Part shown: in pieces, positions 55,944-64,000 of the stretch
How the letters are laid out: every line of letters begins with the position of its first letter
Numbering within the stretch: the first letter of the stretch is position 1
Assembly: GCA_963766105.1 (NCBI GenBank)
Contig: CAVXYO010000001.1
Span: forward strand, 10,619-74,618
Reading direction: 5' to 3'
Length of the DNA stretch: 64,000 bases
DNA from: an uncultured Solirubrobacteraceae bacterium
GTDB lineage: Bacteria > Actinomycetota > Thermoleophilia > Solirubrobacterales > Solirubrobacteraceae
Notes under the pieces: generated by a model
The model's database searches: none
What the model saw: the letters and a program-made list of their open reading frames with translations, nothing else
What the model was told of the DNA's origin: nothing
Program-made: the position numbers and the translations under genes

Positions 55944-58010
55944 ATGAGCGCAGTGCCCGACCAGCCGCCAGCCGAGCCCACGCCGCCGAGCTCCAATCGC
56001 ACCGATGCCCACCCGCCGATGCCGCGCGACAAGCGCGGCTGGCAGGTCGCGCCGGCGCCCGACGGCCGCGGCATGCCCGAGCAGCCGCCGAGCGGGCCGC
56101 CTGCTCACCGTCGGCCCGGCTTCATCTGGTTCGTGGTCATCCTGCTGGCGATCAACTGGCTGTCGCTGCTGCTGATCCACCCGACGACCGGACAGCCGCG
56201 GGTCGCGGTGCAGTTCAAACCGTTCTTCCTGGCGGAGGTGCAGGCGGGCAACGTCAAGTCGGTCAACAGCAAGGGCAACACGATCCAAGGGACGCTGAAG
56301 GCGAAGGTCCGCTACCCGGCGCACGACAAGAGCTCCAAGCCGACGACGCTGTTCGCGACGGAGATCCCGACCTACTGGGACCGCGGCCAGCTCACCGCGC
56401 TGCTGAAAGAAAAGAACGTAAACATCACCGCCAAACCGACGGGCGAAAGCAAATCGCTGCTCGCCGAGCTGCTGCTCGGGTTCGGCCCGACGCTGCTGAT
56501 CGTCGGGCTGTTCGTGCTGCTCGCGCGCCGCGCCGCCAAAGCGGGCGGCGGGATGGGGGCGCTGGGCAACTTCGGGCGCTCGCAGGCGCGCCGCGTCGAT
56601 CCGGAGAAGATCCGCGTGACGTTCGCCGACGTCGCGGGCATCGACGAGGCCAAGGCCGAGCTGGCGGAGATCGTCGACTTCCTGCGCGATCCGCAGAAGT
56701 ACGGGCGCCTCGGCGGGCGCATGCCCCACGGCGTGCTGCTGTCGGGCGCGCCGGGCACCGGCAAGACGCTGCTCGCCCGCGCCGTCGCCGGGGAGGCGCA
56801 CGCGGCCTTCTTCTCGATCTCCGCGTCTGAGTTCATCGAGGCGATCGTCGGCGTCGGCGCGTCGCGCGTTCGCGACCTCTTCACCAAGGCCAAGGAGGCC
56901 GAGCCGGCGATCATCTTCATCGACGAGCTCGACGCGATCGGCCGTTCGCGCCAGGGATCGGTGTCGGTGACCGGCGCCAACGACGAGCGCGAGCAGACGC
57001 TCGACCAGATCCTGACCGAAATGGACGGCTTCGAGAGCTCCGAGGCCGTCGTCGTGCTGGCGGCGACCAACCGCCCCGACGTGCTCGACTCGGCGCTGCT
57101 GCGCCCGGGGCGCTTCGACCGTCGCGTGGCGGTGCAGGCGCCGGACCGCAAAGGCCGGCGCGAAATCCTCGAAGTGCACACGCGCTCGATCCCGCTCGCC
57201 GACGGCGCCGACCTCGACGCGCTCGCGGCGAGCACGCCGGGAATGGTCGGCGCCGACCTCGCGAACCTCGCCAACGAGGCCGCGCTGCTTGCAGCGCGCC
57301 GCGGCCACGACAAGGTCGAGATGAGCGACTTCACCGACTCGCTGGAGAAGATCATGCTCGGCTCGCCTCGCGGCATCCTGCTGTCGCCGGCCGACCGCGA
57401 ACGCACCGCTTTCCACGAGTCCGGTCACGCGCTCGTCGGCATGCTCACGCCCGGCGCCGACCCGGTGCGCAAGGTGTCGATCATCCCGCGCGGCATGGCG
57501 CTCGGCGTGACGCTCTCCACGCCCGATGCCGACCGCGTGTCCTACTCGCGCGAGGAGCTTCAGGCGAAGATCCGCGTGGCGCTCGGCGGGCGCGTCGCCG
57601 AGGAGGTCGTGTTCGGCTCGATCACCTCAGGCGCCGAGTCCGACATCCAGCAGCTCACGCAGATCGCGCGCCAGATGGTCGGGCGCTGGGGCATGAGCGA
57701 CGCGATCGGCCCGATCGCCGTGCTGAGCGCCGACGGCCAGGGCCCGCTGCTGCCCGGCGTCAGCGAGACCTCCGAGGAGACCCAGCGACAGATCGACGAG
57801 GAGGTGCACCGCCTGGTGGAGGACGCCCATGCGACTGTCACGCGCCTGCTCACCGAGCACCGTTCCCAGCTCGACGATCTCGCGCACGCGCTGCTGGACA
57901 AGGAGACGCTCGACGCGCTGGAAGCCTACGGCGCGGCCGGCGTTCCGGCGCACGTGGAAGAGCCACCCGCCGTCGCAGAAACGGCGCTCAGCAAGCGCAC
58001 GAGCGCCTAG
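55944..58010 (+). CDS. ftsH: ATP-dependent zinc metalloprotease FtsH (probable paralog)
   Basis: Two TMs, [54 protein letters not shown] Zn motif. Confidence 0.96.
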   Translation: MSAVPDQPPAEPTPPSSNRTDAHPPMPRDKRGWQVAPAPDGRGMPEQPPSGPPAHRRPGFIWFVVILLAINWLSLLLIHPTTGQPRVAVQFKPFFLAEVQAGNVKSVNSKGNTIQGTLKAKVRYPAHDKSSKPTTLFATEIPTYWDRGQLTALLKEKNVNITAKPTGESKSLLAELLLGFGPTLLIVGLFVLLARRAAKAGGGMGALGNFGRSQARRVDPEKIRVTFADVAGIDEAKAELAEIVDFLRDPQKYGRLGGRMPHGVLLSGAPGTGKTLLARAVAGEAHAAFFSISASEFIEAIVGVGASRVRDLFTKAKEAEPAIIFIDELDAIGRSRQGSVSVTGANDEREQTLDQILTEMDGFESSEAVVVLAATNRPDVLDSALLRPGRFDRRVAVQAPDRKGRREILEVHTRSIPLADGADLDALAASTPGMVGADLANLANEAALLAARRGHDKVEMSDFTDSLEKIMLGSPRGILLSPADRERTAFHESGHALVGMLTPGADPVRKVSIIPRGMALGVTLSTPDADRVSYSREELQAKIRVALGGRVAEEVVFGSITSGAESDIQQLTQIARQMVGRWGMSDAIGPIAVLSADGQGPLLPGVSETSEETQRQIDEEVHRLVEDAHATVTRLLTEHRSQLDDLAHALLDKETLDALEAYGAAGVPAHVEEPPAVAETALSKRTSA

Positions 58011-58816
58011 CGCCCCTCAACCGTGGGTGCCGTGCGCCGCGGCTGCGTGAGCGCCTGCTCGCGCTGGCGCTCGCGCCCGGCATCGACGAGCGCACAAACC
58101 TCGTCCGGATCCTCGGCGCAGTGCAGCAGCTGCAGGTCGGCGCCCGAGATGCGCCCGTCGGCGAGCGCACGCTCGCGCAGCCAGGCGATCAGCCCGTCCC
58201 ACTCGCCACCGATCAAGATCACCGGGAAGTGGCGGATCGTGCCCGTCTGGATCAGCGTCAGCGCCTCGAAGCACTCGTCGAGCGTGCCGTAGCCGCCCGG
58301 CGCGATCACGAACGCGCTCGCGTAGCGCACGAACATCACCTTGCGCGCGAAGAAGTGCCCGAAGCGCACGCTGATATCCAGGTACTCGTTGGAGGCCTGC
58401 TCGTGCGGAAGCTCGATGTTGCAGCCGACCGACGTCGCGCCGGCGTCGCGCGCGCCGCGATTCGCCGCCTCCATCAGGCCGGGGCCGCCGCCCGTGACGA
58501 TCGCATAGCCGCGCCGGCCGAGGCGCGCGGCGACCTCGCGCACGAGCGCGTAGTCGGGGTGCTCGCGCGGGGTGCGCGCCGAGCCGAACACGCTGACCGC
58601 TGGGCCGACGTGCGCGAGCGCATCGAACCCGCGCGCGAACTCGGCGGCGATCTCGCGCACGCGCTCGGCGTCGGCCGCGCGCACGCTTGCCGGCTCGTCG
58701 CCAAGCCACAGCAGCAGCTCCTCGTCGAGTGTCGGGCCGCCGACGCCTTCAGGCGCCTCGGGCAGCGGTTCGCCCGGCGCTTGGCGCCCGTCGGCCGGCT
58801 GCTCGTCGCTGCTCAC
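58007..58816 (-). CDS. LOG family (TIGR00730-like) nucleotide phosphoribohydrolase
   Basis: VSVFGSAR, TGGGPG.MEAANRGA, F.HFFARKVMF, PGGYGTLDE. Confidence 0.92.
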   Translation of the reverse strand: MSSDEQPADGRQAPGEPLPEAPEGVGGPTLDEELLLWLGDEPASVRAADAERVREIAAEFARGFDALAHVGPAVSVFGSARTPREHPDYALVREVAARLGRRGYAIVTGGGPGLMEAANRGARDAGATSVGCNIELPHEQASNEYLDISVRFGHFFARKVMFVRYASAFVIAPGGYGTLDECFEALTLIQTGTIRHFPVILIGGEWDGLIAWLRERALADGRISGADLQLLHCAEDPDEVCALVDAGRERQREQALTQPRRTAPTVEGR

Positions 58817-59967
58817 TGCGCACGCGTAGGGGCCGCGCGCGCCGGCCGCGCGACCAGCCGGTCGACGCCGATCGTGCAGATCGCCAGGCTGACGACCGAC
58901 GCGGCGACGATCGCCGTCGCAACTTCGCCGGAGAGCACGCCCTCGGCGAGCCCGAGCGACGCCACCGCGGCAGGCACGCCGAGCTGCGCGCACGCCGCCA
59001 GGCCGGCGCCCGGCGTGAGCCTTCCCGCCAGCGCCGCAACGAGGTGGATCGCCACGTTCAGCACAGCCAGCGCAGAGGCCAGCGCGATCATCGCCGGATG
59101 TGAGAACAGGCCGCTGAGATCGAGCTGGGCGCCCAGCGTGACGAAGTACAGCGGCACGAAGAAGCCGTCGGCGACGCCGCGGATCTGCGTGGAGAGGCGT
59201 TTGGGGCCGCCGACGAGCGCAACCGTGACCCCCGCGCCGAACCCGGCGATGAGCACGCTCGTACCGCTGCGCTGCGCCAGCCATGCGAGCAGGAACAGCA
59301 TCAGCAGCGCGACGCGCAGGTCGAGCGCCCAATGGCGCTGCTTGGAGAGGTGGCGGACGTGCTCGACCCAGCTCTGGCCGGCGACGCTGCGGGCGGCGCC
59401 GAGCAGCAGCGCGGCCGCGGCGGCGACGAGCGCGCAGCCGAGCAGTACGTGGCCGGTGCGCCCCGGCTGCAGGACGATCGGCACCGAGACGATCGTCACG
59501 ACGTCGGCGATCGTCACCTGGGCCATCACCGTGAGCGCATCGCGCCCGTCGCTGCGGGTCTCCTGCAGCGCCGGCAGCAGCACTGCGGCCGAGCCCGACG
59601 CGAGCACGACGGCGTAGACCGCCGCGTGCGCGGTTCCCGCGAGCGCGGCCGCGGCCAGCCCGGCCGGCACGGCGAGCACGCCGACGATCGCCGCCAGCAG
59701 CGCTCCCTGGCGCAGCGACGCGAACAGGCGCCGGTCGCTCAGCGGCAGGTGCATCCCGGCGGTCAGCATCAGCATCGCGAAGCCGACCTGACTGAGGAAC
59801 GAGAGCGTCGCGTTGGACGGGTGCACGGCCCCGAGCCCGGTCTTGCCGAGCAGCACGCCGCCGGCGATCTCGCCGATCACCACGGGCACGAAGTAGCGCG
59901 GCGTGAGCGCGATCAGAGGGCCGGCCAGACCGGCGAGCACGATCACCAGGAGGTCTCCGAAGCTCAC
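58813..59967 (-). CDS. Cation:proton antiporter (Na+/H+ exchanger family)
   Basis: P.VIGEI.GG.LLG, about 11-12 TMs, FFVPLYFV..GA.LD. Leaderless -10 TAGGCT. Confidence 0.85.
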   Translation of the reverse strand: MSFGDLLVIVLAGLAGPLIALTPRYFVPVVIGEIAGGVLLGKTGLGAVHPSNATLSFLSQVGFAMLMLTAGMHLPLSDRRLFASLRQGALLAAIVGVLAVPAGLAAAALAGTAHAAVYAVVLASGSAAVLLPALQETRSDGRDALTVMAQVTIADVVTIVSVPIVLQPGRTGHVLLGCALVAAAAALLLGAARSVAGQSWVEHVRHLSKQRHWALDLRVALLMLFLLAWLAQRSGTSVLIAGFGAGVTVALVGGPKRLSTQIRGVADGFFVPLYFVTLGAQLDLSGLFSHPAMIALASALAVLNVAIHLVAALAGRLTPGAGLAACAQLGVPAAVASLGLAEGVLSGEVATAIVAASVVSLAICTIGVDRLVARPARAAPTRAQ

Positions 59968-60031
59968 GCAGCGCAGCCTACGCCGGGCGGCCCGCGCGCA
60001 CGCTTGGCCGGTGTGCTGGGATCATGCGCGG

Positions 60032-60829
60032 ATGCCCGCGACGCGCAAGCTCGATGCCAAGCAGTACGACAAGGAGCTGCTGCGCCTGCAGACCGAGTTG
60101 GTGTTCATGCAGGAGTGGGTCGTCGCCAACGACCGCCGGCTGGTCGTGCTGTTCGAGGGACGCGACACCGCCGGCAAGGGGGGCGTGATCAAGCGCATCA
60201 CCGAGTACCTGAACCCGCGCCGGTGCCGCATCGCCGCGGTGCCGACGCCGAACGAGCGCGAGCGCTCGCAGTGGTACTTCCAGCGCTACGTCTCGCACCT
60301 GCCGGCGGCCGGCGAGATCGTGCTGTTCGATCGCAGCTGGTACAACCGCGCCGGCGTCGAGCACGTGATGGGCTATTGCACGCAGGAGGAGTACGAGGAG
60401 TTCCTGCGCTTCTGCACGCAGTTCGAGCAGACGCTGCAGAACGACGGGATCATGCTCGTCAAGTACTGGCTGTCGGTCTCCGACGAGGAGCAGGAGCGGC
60501 GCTTCGAGAAACGGCTGTCGGACCCGCGCAAGCGCTGGAAGTTCAGCCCCACCGACGTGCAGGCTCGCGCGCGCTGGGTCGACTACGCCGAGGCCAAGGA
60601 CCGCATGTTCGCGCGCACCGACAGCGAGCGGAGCCCGTGGTACGTCGTCGAGGCCGACGACAAGCGCACGGCGCGCCTGAACCTGATCAGCCACCTGCTG
60701 TCGCTCGTGCCCTACGAGCACCCGGACGAGCCTAAGCGCGTCAAGCTGCCGGCGCGCCAGCGGCGTAAGTACAAGCGCCCGCCGCGGGGCAGCGAACGCT
60801 TCGTGCCCGAGCGCTACGCGGTGGACTGA
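60032..60829 (+). CDS. ppk2: Polyphosphate kinase 2
   Basis: FEGRDTAGKGG Walker A, FDRSWYNRAGVEHVMG, KYWLSVS.EEQ.RRF, WKFSP.D. Confidence 0.96.
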   Translation: MPATRKLDAKQYDKELLRLQTELVFMQEWVVANDRRLVVLFEGRDTAGKGGVIKRITEYLNPRRCRIAAVPTPNERERSQWYFQRYVSHLPAAGEIVLFDRSWYNRAGVEHVMGYCTQEEYEEFLRFCTQFEQTLQNDGIMLVKYWLSVSDEEQERRFEKRLSDPRKRWKFSPTDVQARARWVDYAEAKDRMFARTDSERSPWYVVEADDKRTARLNLISHLLSLVPYEHPDEPKRVKLPARQRRKYKRPPRGSERFVPERYAVD

Positions 60830-60879
60830 ACGCCGGAGGGCCTGGCCGCAGGCGCTGTGCCGCCCGGTAGGCTTGCCCG

Positions 60880-61413
60880 ATGCCGCCCGCAGAGGCCTTC
60901 GCGCAGAAGCTCAACGAGCAGATCGCCAACGAGTTCGCCGCCCATCAGCAGTACGTGGCGTGCGCCGTTTACTACGACTCCGAGGCGCTGCCGCAGCTCG
61001 CGCGCTTCTTCTACCGCCAGGCGCTGGAGGAGCGCGGCCACGCGATGATGATGGTCAAGTTCCTGCTCGACACGGGCGCAGAGGCGACCACGCCCGGCGT
61101 GGCCGAGCCGCGCTCGCGCTTCGGCGACCTTGTCGAGCCGATCGCGCTTGCGCTGGAGCAGGAGCAGCGTGTGTCCGAGCAGATCAACGCGCTCGCGGCG
61201 ACCGCGCGCGAGGCGCACGACTACACCTCCGAGCAGTTCGTGCAGTGGTTCATCAAGGAGCAGACCGAGGAGGTCGCGACGATGAGCGCCCTGCTGCGCG
61301 TCGCCGAGCGCGCCGGCGCCGACGCAGCCAGCGTCGAGGACTTCCTCGCGCGCGAGCAGCCCGGCGAGGCGGGCGGCGACCCGACCGCGCCGCAGGCCGC
61401 CGGCGAAGGCTGA
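60880..61413 (+). CDS. Ferritin
   Basis: LNEQIANEF.A..QY, FF..QA.EER.HA, EQ.V...I, F.QWFI.EQ.EE ferroxidase pattern. Leaderless -10 TAGGCT. Confidence 0.92.
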   Translation: MPPAEAFAQKLNEQIANEFAAHQQYVACAVYYDSEALPQLARFFYRQALEERGHAMMMVKFLLDTGAEATTPGVAEPRSRFGDLVEPIALALEQEQRVSEQINALAATAREAHDYTSEQFVQWFIKEQTEEVATMSALLRVAERAGADAASVEDFLAREQPGEAGGDPTAPQAAGEG

Positions 61414-61438
61414 GGCGTCCGCCGCCGGCGCCCGCGCG

Positions 61439-62281
61439 CTACAGGTGAACGACGACGCCCTCGGTCGCCACGCTGACGGCAGGCACGTCGCGTGCCAGGC
61501 GCGCGGCGAGCTCGTCGAGCTCGTCGTCGGTGCGATTGAGCCGGTGATGGAAGAGCGCCACCGAGCGCGCGCCCGCGCGCTGGGCGAGCGCGACGGGATA
61601 GTCGGCCACGGCGTGGCCGAAGTCGCCCTCGGCTTCCAGCTCGTGCGGCAAGAGCTGCGCGTCGTGCACGAGCAGGTCTGCGTCGCGCGCGAGCTCGAGC
61701 GCTGCCGGGTGATACGCGCCGAAGCCGTCCTCGCCCATCCCGAGCGCGGTCGGGTTGTGGTCGGGCATGTAGGCGATCGTGCTGTGACCGTCGCTGACGC
61801 GGTAGCCGAACGTGCGCCCGCCCTTGTGCGGGATCTCGCGCGCCAGCACGGCGAAGCCCTCGAGCTCGGACTCGCCCGGGCCGATCGACTGGCAGGACCA
61901 GCGCCCGCGCAGCTCGGTCGGCCCGACGGGGAAGTACGGCGGCTTCATCAACCCGCCGAGCACCATCGCCGCCTCGACGCCGGTCTGCTGGTCGGGGAGG
62001 ATCACCGTGACGCGCGCGTCGACGCGGTCGCCGGAGGAGAAGAACGGCAGCCCCATCGTGTGGTCCCAATGCAGGTGGGTGAGCAGGATCGTGCCGTCGA
62101 ACGGCTCACCCGCGAACAGCCTGATCGCGCGCCGTACGCCCGTGCCGGCGTCGAGGATCAGCGAGGGCGAGCTCGCGCCGTCGGCGGTTAGCGCCAGGCA
62201 CGACGTGTGCCCGCCGTAGCGAACGTACTCGAGGCCGGCCGCGGGAAGCGATCCCCGCACGCCGCAGAAGTCGACCCGCAA
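61439..62281 (-). CDS. MBL-fold metallo-hydrolase (phosphodiesterase-like)
   Basis: RVDFCGVRGS, YGGHTSC, LDAGTG, THLHWDH (HxHxDH), VHDAQ, GH, LFHH. Likely start TTG 62281; the ORF extends to 62377. Confidence 0.9.
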   Translation of the reverse strand: MRVDFCGVRGSLPAAGLEYVRYGGHTSCLALTADGASSPSLILDAGTGVRRAIRLFAGEPFDGTILLTHLHWDHTMGLPFFSSGDRVDARVTVILPDQQTGVEAAMVLGGLMKPPYFPVGPTELRGRWSCQSIGPGESELEGFAVLAREIPHKGGRTFGYRVSDGHSTIAYMPDHNPTALGMGEDGFGAYHPAALELARDADLLVHDAQLLPHELEAEGDFGHAVADYPVALAQRAGARSVALFHHRLNRTDDELDELAARLARDVPAVSVATEGVVVHL

Positions 62282-62371
62282 GCGGCTCAGCTCCGGCCGG
62301 GGCGCCACCCGCGGCGTTCGTGCGAACGTGGCCTGATCGGGCGGCTGCCTCGGCGCATCGCGTTCATTATC

Positions 62372-62399
62372 TGTCAAGCGCGGCGCGTGTCAAGCGCGG
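62372..62399. repeat. 12-bp direct repeat overlapping a candidate sigma-70 promoter
   Basis: TGTCAAGCGCGG at 62372-62383 and 62388-62399. On the minus strand this reads TTGACA-N16-GATAAT. Confidence 0.55.
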
Positions 62400-62409
62400 G
62401 CACGGCGCG

Positions 62410-63600
62410 TCAGGCGGCGGCGAGCTTGTTCAGGTCGTAGTCGAAGCCAGCCTTGCGCAGCTGCAGCAGGAGCTTCGGCTGCCAGGTGCCGGCCATGTCC
62501 AGTCGCACGTACGCGATGTCCTGCAGATCGCACGGCAGCTGCACGCCTTCCTCGTAGAGCACGCAAACGCTGCCCGGCGTGAGCGCGGCGACGAGAAAGC
62601 CCATCTCGAACACGACCGCCTGGTGCGCCCGCGGGGAGTAGTAGGGCTCGTCCTCGGAGTCCACGCGCGGAGCGCCGATGTCGTCGGCGGTGAGCAGCAC
62701 GATCGCGTAGCGCGAGCCGGGCTCGCCGAACTGCTCGGCCAGCGCGCTGCGGCCCCCGGAGGGCTCGTTGAGGACGGTGACCTCGTGCGGGCCGGCGTGT
62801 TCGAGCAGCTGCGCCACGGCCTCCATCCAGCGCTCGTTGCGCCCGTGGGCGAGCAGCACCTGCTTGGCAGTCGCCGACGTCGCGCCCGGCGCCCCGGCAC
62901 GCTCACCCGGCACGGCGCCGGCGCCCGGCGGCCTGCGCTCGGGCGCGAGCGCCGCCGCCGGTGCCAGCTCGGCACTGACGGCGGGGCGCTCCTCGCGGCG
63001 CTCGCGCAGCTCGTCGTCGTCGAACCGCGACGCTGCGATCGGTTCGTGCTGCAGGTCGCGCTCGCCGTCCGGCTCGCGCTGACGCCGGGGGGCGAGATCG
63101 GGCACGTCCACCGGCGCTTGCTCGCCCGGCGCTTCGGGTTGGCCCTCGGAGAACGGCCCGTTACCGGCGGCGATGTCCAGCTCAGGCTCTTGCGGCGCCG
63201 GGATCTGCGCGGGCGGAGTCGGCTCCTCGGCCTGGGATCGCGGGAGCTCGGACGGTGCCGGATCCTCCCTTACGAAGGCCAGCTCGCCCTGCAACACCTG
63301 GAGCAGCTCGATCGCCGCCTTGACTGCGTCGAGGTCGCCGGCGTACTGCTGTTGCCAGCGCTGCGGTGCGCCGGAGGTCGCGCAGGCCTGCGTGAACTCG
63401 CCGGCCTGCGCCGGTCCGGCGTACATGTGCTCGAGCGCCTGCACGGTCGGCTCGACCCACTGGTTGCGCGCCGCCTTCCAGCTCTCGTAGTCGGAGAAGT
63501 CGCCGACGAGGCTCGCCCGCTGCACGAGCGCCTGGCCCTGCTTGATGCACTGGGCGAGCAGCTCGTTTGCGATCGGGATGGAGACCTCGAGCGCGGGCAT
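62410..63600 (-). CDS. TIR-domain nucleotide-binding protein (CAP12/Pycsar-effector-like TIR) with N-terminal helical domain and low-complexity linker
   Basis: C-terminal VLLAHGR, YAIVLLTADD, PRAHQAVVFEMGF (Glu retained), LPCDL..IAY..LD..G.W..KL..QL..AG. Confidence 0.82.
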   Translation of the reverse strand: MPALEVSIPIANELLAQCIKQGQALVQRASLVGDFSDYESWKAARNQWVEPTVQALEHMYAGPAQAGEFTQACATSGAPQRWQQQYAGDLDAVKAAIELLQVLQGELAFVREDPAPSELPRSQAEEPTPPAQIPAPQEPELDIAAGNGPFSEGQPEAPGEQAPVDVPDLAPRRQREPDGERDLQHEPIAASRFDDDELRERREERPAVSAELAPAAALAPERRPPGAGAVPGERAGAPGATSATAKQVLLAHGRNERWMEAVAQLLEHAGPHEVTVLNEPSGGRSALAEQFGEPGSRYAIVLLTADDIGAPRVDSEDEPYYSPRAHQAVVFEMGFLVAALTPGSVCVLYEEGVQLPCDLQDIAYVRLDMAGTWQPKLLLQLRKAGFDYDLNKLAAA

Positions 63601-63602
63601 GC

Positions 63603-63860
63603 CTAGGCCGGTCCCGGCAGGCCGGTCGACCCGCGACGGTCCAGCCCGGCGCGCAGCACGTACGGCCTGAAGGAACGGATGTGCGTGCTGGGCCTGAACG
63701 AGCGCACGACGCTGGCAGCGCGGATGTCGTTGCGAAAGCTCGCATCGGCGAGCACGCGGCGCGCCGCGGCTCGCGCGAGGATCGCGGCCGCGACGACGTG
63801 CTCGTCGATCACGTATTGCGAGTCGAGCACGAGCTGTCGGATGAGGAGTGCTCGGCGCAT
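63603..63860 (-). CDS. Small protein with FlgM-like (anti-sigma-28) C-terminal motif
   Basis: RALLIRQLVLDSQYVIDEHVVAAAILAR resembles the FlgM motif (x)Y.VD...IA..L. GCCGATAG lies 16 nt upstream. Confidence 0.55.
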   Translation of the reverse strand: MRRALLIRQLVLDSQYVIDEHVVAAAILARAAARRVLADASFRNDIRAASVVRSFRPSTHIRSFRPYVLRAGLDRRGSTGLPGPA

Positions 63861-63975
63861 AGCTTGTCTGCGAGGCCTATCGGCAGCGTGCGCCGATGCC
63901 CCACTTCCGCGCCACAGCCTTAGACGAGGGTATGAACGACGTTGTACGGTGGCGCCTTACGAGCGGGAGGGAACG

Positions 63976-64000
63976 ATGAGCCGACGAGTGTTGCTACGTG
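63976..64000 (+). CDS. Start of an unknown CDS (truncated by window end)
   Basis: GGGAGG RBS followed by ATG AGC CGA CGA GTG TTG CTA CGT. Confidence 0.45.

Noticed and set aside
62410-63600. Complete CBASS, Pycsar or Thoeris defence system
   Set aside because: No CD-NTase, PycC cyclase, ThsA or other partner gene is in the flanks. Only the TIR gene itself is supported.
1-64000. CRISPR arrays, IS elements or transposases, integrases, prophage genes, rRNA, tRNA
   Set aside because: I recognised no spaced repeat arrays, transposase or integrase motifs, phage structural genes or structured RNA gene signatures by eye. A tRNAscan or Infernal run would be needed to exclude small RNAs fully.

Overview
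High-GC actinobacterial chromosomal segment. Gene content and style suggest Thermoleophilia/Solirubrobacterales, which is an inference. From left to right: (1) 1-19.4 kb is a surface or exopolysaccharide locus with a DegT aminotransferase, priming sugar transferase, Gfo/Idh/MocA oxidoreductase, flippase, three sulfotransferase domains (one fused to an O-antigen ligase/polymerase), an NTP_transf_5-like nucleotidyltransferase, an Alg14-Alg13 fusion, a deacetylase-like protein, an AsnB amidotransferase, two GT4 enzymes and a Wzz-like protein. (2) 19.7-22 kb is a regulator cassette (PAS-wHTH-BTAD protein, small RHH-like protein, ECF sigma). (3) 22.2-35.6 kb is a secreted hydrolase module: two large paralogous subtilase/FG-GAP proteins with non-canonical catalytic motifs, a penicillin-acylase-family Ntn hydrolase and a PucR regulator. 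(4) A diguanylate cyclase with a near-consensus sigma-28 promoter. (5) An efeU-efeO-second FTR1 operon lacking efeB, with a palindromic operator. (6) 41-53 kb holds small oxidoreductases, two ABC-2 exporters, an MMPL transporter and their regulators. (7) purU, an HDAC-family deacetylase, an ftsH paralog, LOG, a CPA antiporter, ppk2, ferritin and an MBL hydrolase. (8) A FlgM-like gene followed 2 nt later by a CAP12/Pycsar-type TIR-domain gene. Four genes each carry a single +1 frameshift, most likely sequencing errors. Many genes appear leaderless. I found no rRNA, tRNA, CRISPR array or mobile element. All family assignments come from motif recognition, not database searches.
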